A stretch of 64,000 bases of DNA. Origin: Candidatus Limnocylindrales bacterium (GTDB lineage Bacteria > Desulfobacterota > Binatia > UBA1149 > CAITLU01). The translations under genes and the position numbers were made by a program. The stretch's first letter is position 1. Each line of letters opens with the position of its first letter. Location: assembly GCA_035571835.1 (NCBI GenBank), contig DATNBU010000034.1:23013-87012 (forward strand), written 5' to 3'. The notes beneath the pieces were generated by a model that was not told the DNA's origin, did no database searches, and saw only the letters and a program-made list of their open reading frames with translations. Shown here one piece after another: positions 53,972-62,200 of this stretch.

Positions 53972-56900
53972 GTGAGCGTGCAGCAAAAGCGCCGCACGCG
54001 GCGTCGAAAGTCATGCTTCGCCGCAATTCTGGCTGGCCTGCTTCTGAGCATCCCGGTCGCGAACGACACCGAAGCAGAGGAAACCGACGTTTACGCTCAT
54101 CCTGCCGGATACTGTGACGATACGACGAACGGCGTCGCCAACGTTCCGGCGAGACCGAAGTGGTTGGATCTTGCCGGGCCTCATCCCGATGACGGCAAGA
54201 GCCGCTATCCCGACTACCAGAACCTCTCGAAGAACTTCAACGCGCAGCAGACTCTGCAGATGCTCGTGTCCGAGATGACCAACGCCGTGGGAAAGCTTCA
54301 GAGCGTAACGGAAAAGGCCGCGGACGGTACACTGATCGAAGATTTTGCGAACGCGTCTATTCCACAGGTGCCGGGCCACTGCCTGTGCCGAGCGAACCCC
54401 GACAAGCCGGACTGCAGCGTCGAGAATGCCTGGCCCGCGGTGCAGCAAGTGGTGGAGAAGCTTTCGACGATCGATTTTCCCTCCATTCTGCAGACCTTCA
54501 TCGACGACAAGATCGACGCAGTCGAAGCGATCCTCGACTCCCTCGTCGATGACCTGCTGAACGACATCCTGCCGGCCTTTCTGAGTGAAACCGAAATCAC
54601 AGCGGCAATCACCACGGCGATCCAGAATACGCAGACGCATCTCAACAACACCCTTGCAGCCTGCGGTGTCGGCGTCGGCGGCTCCTGCGGGATCGGAGGC
54701 GTTCAGCAGTCTCCGGCGACCTCGGGTGATGTGTCCGACCGGACGGTGGTGGGCAAGGGCGGAAAGCTCGGCAAGGCCGTAAAGCCGATTCTGCTGAACG
54801 TAAACCTTCGCGACCTTCCGCCCGCCCCACGCTGGAGCACGGGCAACGCGCGATACGAACTGCAGCGGCCCACCGCTCCCTTTCGTCCGCGGCAGCCTCC
54901 GGTTCATCCGCCGACAGGTCTCGATCCGCTGCTGCAGCAACAGATGAGCGTGCGCTCGCTGCGCACCGCGCCTGCACTGTCGGCACCGACGCTCTTCGAT
55001 GGGCTCGGAAAGACGGGTGCGACCAACGTTCCGGATGCTGTCGGAGACGTGGGTCCCGACCACTACGTCCAGATGACCAACACGCAAAGCGGCGCGCAGA
55101 TCGCCATCTACGACAAGACCGGCGTGCCGATCGTGCCCGCAAAGCTGCTCAAGAGCCTCTTTGACGCCGCAGCCGTCGACCCGTTGGCGACCCACTGCGA
55201 GGACCATCCAGTGGGAGATCCAATCGTTCTCTACGATGCGCGCGCCGATCGATGGCTTCTCGCAGAGCTGGCCGAGCTCAACGCGGGGTCTGCCGACTAC
55301 GCGTGCGTTTACATCTCGCAGACTGGCGACCCGACCATGGACTGGTACGCCTACGAATTCGAGATGGACGCCACCGACTTCCTCAAATACGGAATCTGGA
55401 CCGACTCGTACTTCATGGGCGGCAACGAGACGTCAGGCGCGTTCATGGAGATTCATGCGCTCGATCGCACCGCAATGCTGGCCGGCCAGGTGACTCAGCC
55501 GTTCACGTTCTCCGCCGAAATTCCAAAGCTCGCGAATCTCGGCTTCCAAGTGCTGATTCCCGCCGACCTCGATGGCAAGAGCCCTCCACCAGACGGAGAG
55601 CCGGCACTGTTCCTGCGTCAGGTCGACGACGAGATCGTCGACCCCCTCAACAACGATCCCGATCACGACTTCCTGGAAATGTACGAAGTCAAGGTCGACT
55701 GGAGCAATCCGGCTCTCTCGTCGGTCACCAAGCGTCCGGACATCGTACTGACCGATTTCGATTCCGGCTTCGGCGCCGTGGTCAACGATCCTTATCAGAT
55801 ACCGCAGCCATCGGATGCGACACTGCTCGACGCGGTGCCCGAGGCGCTGAACAACCGGATCCAGTATCGGAACTTCGGTACCCACCGCACGCTGGTCACC
55901 GCACTCGTCACTGACGTCGACACGAGCGCGGTTACACACGCCGGTGTCCGCTGGCTCGAGCTTCGTACCGCCGAGGGCGAGCCATGGAGCCTGTGCCAGG
56001 AAGGGACTTATGCTCCCGATGCGACGCAACGATGGATGGGCAACATTTCCATGGACGGCGCCGGGAACGTCGCGCTCGGATACAACGTCTCCGGAAACTT
56101 CCAATCCGCGCTCGCCGACTGCGTCACGAACGTATGTCCCGGAATCCGCTACACCGGGCGGGAAGCCAACGATCAGGGCGGCATCTTCACCGAAGGCGAG
56201 CACGAGATGGTTGCGGGAGCCTCTTCGAAGTCGAACAAGCGCTGGGGCGACTACAACGCGCTCACCGTCGATCCCGCCAACGACTGCACGTTCTGGTACA
56301 CCAACGAGTACCTGGCGACCGGCGGCGACTGGAAAACCCAGATCGCGACGTTCGAGTTCGATTCGTGCTCGAACAGTGGCCTCAGCGGTGCAGCCCAACA
56401 GCTCAAGGACGAATTCGAGACTGCGATCGTCGGTGCAACCGGTCAATTGACCACGCAGCTCGTGACCGGCGTCAAGGCCGACTGGCTCACCGTCAAAAAC
56501 GCGCTGAAATCATTGAAGGACCAATTTGCCGGCGTGCATTCCGTAGAAGACCTGTTCCAGATCGACTGGCAGGAATTCCTCGACGCGATCAACGGGGTGA
56601 TCTCGAAGTATGCCGATATCGTAGACGACGTCACCGTGGCCATCGACAACCTCAAGAACCTGGACTTCGAGAGCCTGAAAGATACCGTCGCCAATTCGCT
56701 GATCAACCGACTCAAGCTCGACCCGCAGTACGGCCCCTGCATTACGCAGCTGCTCGACGATGCGAACTTCGTCAACGGCCAAAGCGTCCTGTTCGATGAG
56801 CTGGTGAGCGCCCTGCGTGACAGTCTGGAGACGCGCTGGCTTGCCATCAAAACGCGCGTCGAGCTTGCACGAACACAGTTTACGGCGCTCGCCTCTGCCC

Positions 56901-59900
56901 AGACGCTTCAGGACGATCTGGCCGGCATCGTTGCCGACATTACGCTGAATGCGCTGCCCGACTGTTACCGGAAAGCCACGCGCAACGACTGCTGCGAGTT
57001 CTGCGGCGGAGCCGATTGCGAGGCTACCGACTTCCTGTGGATGGCCGTGGATTTCCTCAAGGATCCTGCGGCGACCGGCGCAACCGTCGGGAACTACGCG
57101 ATGATGGGGCTCAAGCAGCTCGGCTGGCTCGATCAGATTTCCGCCACGCTCAGCGATGCCCTCAGTTCCAGCCTCGGTGACACGCTGGGCACGCTGACGG
57201 ATCTGAGCGAAACGCTGAGCAAGATCGACTTCCTGTCCACTCCTTTCGGCTACGTGGACCGCTTCGGCGAAGGCTATCACCTCGGCGCCTACACCGAGCT
57301 GCGCCCCGACCTGCACATGTGCATCGGCTACGCCGGACACGGCGCTTATGCGCAGATGGGCAATCTCGGCAACGACAAGTTCAGCATCGGTGCACGGTAT
57401 GGCTCGCACAATCTCAGCAAGCGGCAACGCCTGCAGTTCCATTCGGGCGGATTCGCCGTCAGCGCCTGGGGTCACGACCTGAGTCTGGCGCCGAGTGTCG
57501 AAGTACAGACACAAATGAACGGCTTCCGGATATGGGACGCGGAGAAACCGTTCGGCATTCCCAGTTTCAACTTCAACGCAAACGAGATTCAACGTCTCGA
57601 CATCTTCGACGCCATCCCGGACGGCGCGATACCGCAGAGCTTCGGGGATCTGCTCATCAGGGATCTGTTCGTCTCCGAGGATATCAACCACCATCTCGAC
57701 TGGCCGCGCGACCTGCCCGACACTCCATGGGAAGACGAAAGCATCGCCACCGTGTCGTTCGGCCTGAACCTGCCGATCGATTTCGACATGGACCGGATCT
57801 ATCTGACTCCGCCCATCGAGATCATTCCGCCTATTCTGACTGCAACGCCTTACTTCGATTTTTCGTTCGGCCTGAACTGGTTCCACGAAACCAATCGCAT
57901 GCGGACGCGAGTGCTCGAGAAGGTCAATGAGAACCTCGCTGCGGCCCAGCGGCTGAACGACACGTCTTTCTCGCGGGACGACGAAGACTTTCAGGCGGCC
58001 GACGTAACTCAGGACAATGGGACGAAGGTACGGGTGGAGCCCGAGATCGGCGTGCTGGCGTTCCTCGGGTTCAAGATCTCCAAGATCAAGGTCGGCGCTT
58101 CCGCCGATCTCTCGCTGAAGATCGACATCGAGCCCGGCGGCGCAGGCGGCGTAGTGGACCTGAACCGGACGCTTGGCGAGGCCCTGACGCATTCCAATCC
58201 CCCGGCGGATGCACCGTGCACACCGGTCTGGAAGGTCGAGACCAACCGGATCTGCACGAACAAGGACTTCCCCGAGTCCACGCAGACGTACTCGTGCGAC
58301 CCGTCGGAGGAGAAGGGCGCATGCTGCATTCACTACGGAGCGAGAAAAGATAACATGCTCGTAGCCGGCATCGGCGTGGAAGAGCTGTCCGTGTCCGACC
58401 TCGAAGGCTCGTACTGCGTCGATGCGTGGACCGGCATCAAGCAGAGTGACTGCGAGAAACTGAACGTAAGCGACAAGATCACGGACCTCATCGCAACGGT
58501 GGAAGATATCGGCCTGCCCGGATGGGCCGTCAATCCGATTCTGAATCCACTGCGAAAACTTTCGGATTCGTTTGTTGCCGACATCAGTGCCACGTGGAAC
58601 GCGACGAAGCGCTGTTCCGACAAACCGTGCAGCACCACAAGCTCGAACACGCTCGTACTGTCCACCGCCGGCCTCGCAGTCGGCAGTATGTCCGACTGTG
58701 CCCAGCACGGCTACTGCACGCCGACGGCAGGCGCCGCAATCCACGACGTGAAACAGGACGCCGCTTGCAGCGGATCGTTCTCGGCCTACTCGTGCCGCGT
58801 CGAGGTCGACGACTCGATCGATCACTGGGCGGGCGACGGATGCCACCCGCTGCAGCACGGATTCCCGAGCGCCTGCGGCTGCAATGACGACGAGCAGTGC
58901 GCTTCGGCCGAGCACTGCGACGTCGCGGCCGGCCAATGCACGACCGGGCAGATCGCATTCTCATGCGTCTGCGACAGCTCCGGCAACTGTCCATCGGGCC
59001 GCGTCTGCAAGTCCGGCGCGTGTGCTCTCCCGTGCGTCAGCGACAGCGATTGCAGCAACGGTCGCATCTGCGACGCCGGTGCGTGCTCGCCGCCGCACGG
59101 AATCCCCTACACGGAAACGATCGTGGCCGGCATGGAAGACGTCGAACCGCCTACGCACCTGATTTCGACTTACGCCATGAGCGATATTTACGCGCTGCTT
59201 CGCCTGCGGTTCGCGGCAGCCGTCGAATTGACGTTCAAGCTCTTCGGCAAAGAGAAGTCCTGGAGGGTTCTCGACTTCGCCAAGCTCTGGGACCTCGGCT
59301 CGACATGGAAGGGCTTTTACCAGCCCGGTCTCGAAGCGCTCTACCAGGACGAATGCACCGACCCGTCGCTTCCGTGGCTGGTGACCAACCGCTACCCGCT
59401 GTCACTGACCTACACCGATCCGGACCACGATCCGTTGAACGCAGTGGGAGTTCTTCCGGCGCGCTTGTGTACGAGCGGAAACGTCTGCCGATATCCAGTT
59501 CCGGACCCCCCGGATCTGTTTCCGACCACGGTCTCCGACGGCAATGCCGGTACCGTCGGCGAGTTCGTCGAGTGGTGCAAAGGTGACATGCCGGCTCACA
59601 GGGAAGATCCAACTCCGTCGAACAACGACGGTGCGATCACCAAGGGGGTCACCGATACCTTCCACTTCGGCGATGACCTCGCGCGCGACGTCTGGGCGCA
59701 GAACCCGGTCTGCATCGACGGTCTGCCGTGGAACGACTGGCTCGGGAAGCTGCCGGCCCACTACGGAACGCAAGACGTAGCCGGTGGTGGCCAGATGAAC
59801 AACCTGAGGTGCAGGTATGTCGACCCGCAGACCAGCCAGACGTATGAGTTCGACTGCATCGGGACGACGCCGGCGATGATGGCGATCTGGCGCTGCAACT

Positions 59901-61204
59901 CGACCAGCGCCAATTTCATCGCCCAGGCCTTCGCAAACAAATTCGCGTCGACCGCGCCGGAGGTGTTGATTCCCAATCCTTACGGAACAGGCGTCGTATT
60001 CGATCTGGATACGATGTTCCTGTCGCAAGTGACAAACGACGACAAGTATGGGGCGGGTGACGAGCGCCAGTACGATCTTGCGAGCCTGCGGAGCGATCTC
60101 AAAACGGCGACAGTGCAGGTCAGCTCCTTCACGTACGGGATCGGTTCGTGGCTGAATCTGATGAACAGTTGCTTCGAAACCAGGTTCTACTCTGCCACCG
60201 AATCAGCCTGTGAGTGCACCACAAATCAGGACTGCCTGGCCGACAACTCCGAGCGATGCACAGGCGGCGTCTGCGAGTATCCGATGGTGCACAAGGACGA
60301 CGGCACCTGCGTCAACGCGGATTGTTCACCGTCCTGGCTGCACCGCGAATGCCCGATCGTGAAGGCCATCATCAGCGATCCAGAGCTTTGCTGCGGTGAC
60401 GGAATCGTCGAATCGGGAGAAGAGTGCGATCCTGCCAGTCCCGTCGGTGGCTTTGCATGTAGCGACGATTGCCGGACCTTCCACGCAGAGCTGTGCTGTC
60501 CGGCTACTGGACCCTGCGACTCCGACGGCGACGGCGTCGGGGTTCTCTGCGACAACTGTCCCATCGACGCCAATGCCGACCAGGTCGATGCAGATCACGA
60601 CGCCATCGGTGACGCGTGCGACATCTGTCGAGGCGGCGTCCCGACAAAATCGAAGTCGCGGCTCAAGTTCAGCAAGCTCAACGATTCGACCACATCCGTG
60701 CCGCAGCAGCGCGTCCAGATCATCGGCACCGGGGGATTCACGGGCCCCTTGCCGACCCCACCGCTCGACGCCGCTCATCTCGGCCTGCGCGTGCAGGTCA
60801 CCGATCTGTCACTCGGAAGCGTGATTCTCGACCACACGATCCCCGGTGGCGTATTGCCCGGGGTGTGCAACGCCGCCGATGGATGGACCGTCAGCGGCTC
60901 CGCCGGCCGGAACCAGTCGTACGCGAATGTCAGCAGCGAAGTTCCTCCGGCCTGCGTCTACGGCTCGACATCCGGCATCGATCACGCGCTCGTGAAGGAC
61001 AAGACGGCAAAGAAAAAAGGCGTCTATCACAAAATCAGCGGGCGCAATGGGAGCTATTCGCCGGTTCATGGACCGTTCCGCGTGGTCATCGTCTACGGAG
61101 GGACCGCAGAGCAGGACAGTGGCCAGTGCACCGAAATGACCTATTCGCCGCAGCAGTGCGTCTACGATGCGCCGAGGGGGACGCTGGACTGCCAGGGAAG
61201 TTGA
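53972..61204 (+). CDS. Giant (2410 aa) secreted mosaic protein: propeller-like DUF, disulfide-knot repeats, myxo-type Cys repeat, thrombospondin type-3 repeats
   Basis: Uninterrupted 7.2-kb ORF with a GTG start (53972 or 53978). N-terminus MSVQQKRRTRRRKSCFAAILAGLLLSIPVAND. Motifs are listed in the findings. No strong SD sequence, so the start is uncertain by a few codons. Confidence 0.85.
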   Translation: MSVQQKRRTRRRKSCFAAILAGLLLSIPVANDTEAEETDVYAHPAGYCDDTTNGVANVPARPKWLDLAGPHPDDGKSRYPDYQNLSKNFNAQQTLQMLVSEMTNAVGKLQSVTEKAADGTLIEDFANASIPQVPGHCLCRANPDKPDCSVENAWPAVQQVVEKLSTIDFPSILQTFIDDKIDAVEAILDSLVDDLLNDILPAFLSETEITAAITTAIQNTQTHLNNTLAACGVGVGGSCGIGGVQQSPATSGDVSDRTVVGKGGKLGKAVKPILLNVNLRDLPPAPRWSTGNARYELQRPTAPFRPRQPPVHPPTGLDPLLQQQMSVRSLRTAPALSAPTLFDGLGKTGATNVPDAVGDVGPDHYVQMTNTQSGAQIAIYDKTGVPIVPAKLLKSLFDAAAVDPLATHCEDHPVGDPIVLYDARADRWLLAELAELNAGSADYACVYISQTGDPTMDWYAYEFEMDATDFLKYGIWTDSYFMGGNETSGAFMEIHALDRTAMLAGQVTQPFTFSAEIPKLANLGFQVLIPADLDGKSPPPDGEPALFLRQVDDEIVDPLNNDPDHDFLEMYEVKVDWSNPALSSVTKRPDIVLTDFDSGFGAVVNDPYQIPQPSDATLLDAVPEALNNRIQYRNFGTHRTLVTALVTDVDTSAVTHAGVRWLELRTAEGEPWSLCQEGTYAPDATQRWMGNISMDGAGNVALGYNVSGNFQSALADCVTNVCPGIRYTGREANDQGGIFTEGEHEMVAGASSKSNKRWGDYNALTVDPANDCTFWYTNEYLATGGDWKTQIATFEFDSCSNSGLSGAAQQLKDEFETAIVGATGQLTTQLVTGVKADWLTVKNALKSLKDQFAGVHSVEDLFQIDWQEFLDAINGVISKYADIVDDVTVAIDNLKNLDFESLKDTVANSLINRLKLDPQYGPCITQLLDDANFVNGQSVLFDELVSALRDSLETRWLAIKTRVELARTQFTALASAQTLQDDLAGIVADITLNALPDCYRKATRNDCCEFCGGADCEATDFLWMAVDFLKDPAATGATVGNYAMMGLKQLGWLDQISATLSDALSSSLGDTLGTLTDLSETLSKIDFLSTPFGYVDRFGEGYHLGAYTELRPDLHMCIGYAGHGAYAQMGNLGNDKFSIGARYGSHNLSKRQRLQFHSGGFAVSAWGHDLSLAPSVEVQTQMNGFRIWDAEKPFGIPSFNFNANEIQRLDIFDAIPDGAIPQSFGDLLIRDLFVSEDINHHLDWPRDLPDTPWEDESIATVSFGLNLPIDFDMDRIYLTPPIEIIPPILTATPYFDFSFGLNWFHETNRMRTRVLEKVNENLAAAQRLNDTSFSRDDEDFQAADVTQDNGTKVRVEPEIGVLAFLGFKISKIKVGASADLSLKIDIEPGGAGGVVDLNRTLGEALTHSNPPADAPCTPVWKVETNRICTNKDFPESTQTYSCDPSEEKGACCIHYGARKDNMLVAGIGVEELSVSDLEGSYCVDAWTGIKQSDCEKLNVSDKITDLIATVEDIGLPGWAVNPILNPLRKLSDSFVADISATWNATKRCSDKPCSTTSSNTLVLSTAGLAVGSMSDCAQHGYCTPTAGAAIHDVKQDAACSGSFSAYSCRVEVDDSIDHWAGDGCHPLQHGFPSACGCNDDEQCASAEHCDVAAGQCTTGQIAFSCVCDSSGNCPSGRVCKSGACALPCVSDSDCSNGRICDAGACSPPHGIPYTETIVAGMEDVEPPTHLISTYAMSDIYALLRLRFAAAVELTFKLFGKEKSWRVLDFAKLWDLGSTWKGFYQPGLEALYQDECTDPSLPWLVTNRYPLSLTYTDPDHDPLNAVGVLPARLCTSGNVCRYPVPDPPDLFPTTVSDGNAGTVGEFVEWCKGDMPAHREDPTPSNNDGAITKGVTDTFHFGDDLARDVWAQNPVCIDGLPWNDWLGKLPAHYGTQDVAGGGQMNNLRCRYVDPQTSQTYEFDCIGTTPAMMAIWRCNSTSANFIAQAFANKFASTAPEVLIPNPYGTGVVFDLDTMFLSQVTNDDKYGAGDERQYDLASLRSDLKTATVQVSSFTYGIGSWLNLMNSCFETRFYSATESACECTTNQDCLADNSERCTGGVCEYPMVHKDDGTCVNADCSPSWLHRECPIVKAIISDPELCCGDGIVESGEECDPASPVGGFACSDDCRTFHAELCCPATGPCDSDGDGVGVLCDNCPIDANADQVDADHDAIGDACDICRGGVPTKSKSRLKFSKLNDSTTSVPQQRVQIIGTGGFTGPLPTPPLDAAHLGLRVQVTDLSLGSVILDHTIPGGVLPGVCNAADGWTVSGSAGRNQSYANVSSEVPPACVYGSTSGIDHALVKDKTAKKKGVYHKISGRNGSYSPVHGPFRVVIVYGGTAEQDSGQCTEMTYSPQQCVYDAPRGTLDCQGS

Positions 61205-61293
61205 GGCAGCCCAGCGTGGCAGTACCCGCGTGAGATCTGGCGCAGCTTCGTGTTTCTCGACTACGTGCGATTCGTTCGATAGTTTCGCTTGCC

Positions 61294-62181
61294 ATGAGCG
61301 CGATGCAGACGAGCGGACCGCCGCGAAACGAGTACCGTCACTTCATCTCCGACACGCGCCGCTGGGACGGCTTCGAGCACCGCCCCGGAGACATCCTCGT
61401 CTGTACGCCGCCGAAATGCGGCACGACCTGGACACAGACCATCGTCGCGATGCTTCTGTTTCCCGACGGGAATCCTCCGGCGCCCGTGACGACGCTGTCG
61501 CCGTGGATCGAAGCGCGTTTCAAGCCGTACGAGGACATGCTGGAGGGGCTCCGGCAGCAGACGCACCGCCGCTCGATCAAAAGCCACACCTCGGCGGACG
61601 GCGTTCCATGGTGGCCCGACGCCCGCTACATCGTCGTCGGCAGGGACGGACGCGATGCGTTCATGTCGTTCGTCAATCACATTGCCAGCATGCGACCCGA
61701 AAAGATCTTCGAGCTGATGGAGAGCGCGCGCGCCGAAGGCATCGCGTTCGAGCCGATGCCGCCGCCGGATGATATCCACCAGTTCTTTGCCGGATGGCTC
61801 GCCGAAGGCCGACTGTTCTCGTTCCTCGACTCGTACTGGCAGCGGCGGCACGAGCCGAACGTGCTGTTCGTGCATTACGACGATCTGAAGGCGAACCTCG
61901 AATCCGAAGTACGGCGGATCGCGGCGTTTCTCGGCGTCCCGCTGGAAGATCGCCACCTGCCCGGCATCCTCGAGCGCTGTTCGTTCGACTGGATGAAGAA
62001 GAACTCCGAGCGCATCGGGGATTTCGGCGACCTGTTCACCGGCGGCGGACAGTCGTTCTTCTTCAAGGGCACCAACGGCCGCTGGCAAGGCGTGCTGACT
62101 CCGGACGAGCTCGCGCAGTACGACGAGCGCTCCCGCCAGATGATGCCGCCGGATCTCAAGGAGTGGCTCGACCGCGGATGA
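61294..62181 (+). CDS. PAPS-dependent sulfotransferase, cytosolic Sulfotransfer_1 type
   Basis: 295 aa. 5'-PSB loop TPPKCGTTWTQ, 3'-PB region YIVVGRDGRDAFMS, and C-terminal FFFKGTNGRWQGVLT (equivalent to RKG..GDW.N.FT). No signal peptide. Confidence 0.88.
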   Translation: MSAMQTSGPPRNEYRHFISDTRRWDGFEHRPGDILVCTPPKCGTTWTQTIVAMLLFPDGNPPAPVTTLSPWIEARFKPYEDMLEGLRQQTHRRSIKSHTSADGVPWWPDARYIVVGRDGRDAFMSFVNHIASMRPEKIFELMESARAEGIAFEPMPPPDDIHQFFAGWLAEGRLFSFLDSYWQRRHEPNVLFVHYDDLKANLESEVRRIAAFLGVPLEDRHLPGILERCSFDWMKKNSERIGDFGDLFTGGGQSFFFKGTNGRWQGVLTPDELAQYDERSRQMMPPDLKEWLDRG

Positions 62182-62200
62182 CGATCGCGCCCTGTCGCAG

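Noticed and set aside
53972-54070. Twin-arginine (Tat) signal for the giant protein, because of KRRTRRRK in the N-region.
   Set aside because: There is no S/T-R-R-x-F-L-K consensus. A 2410-aa multi-disulfide protein is implausible as a Tat substrate, so a Sec signal is more likely.
57398-57451. MACPF-like signature in the giant protein: YGSH...GG within ARYGSHNLSKRQRLQFHSGGF, in a beta-rich segment, suggesting a pore-forming domain.
   Set aside because: The canonical motif is (Y/W)G(T/S)H(F/Y)-x6-GG. Here the residue after His is Asn, and the gap to GG is about twice as long. I see no flanking helix-cluster pattern. Treated as coincidence unless structure prediction says otherwise.
11450-58936. 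Other long shadow ORFs opposite or out of frame to recognised genes: 11450-13420, 24179-26596 (805 aa), 31093-33510 (805 aa), 39337-41694 (785 aa), 41694-43319, 43139-44617, 45445-47556 (703 aa), 47445-49277, 54011-55207 and 56510-58936 (808 aa).
   Set aside because: All have the same R/G/A/D/H-rich composition without motifs, and each is fully covered by a CDS with clear family signatures. I have no evidence for genuine overlapping genes.
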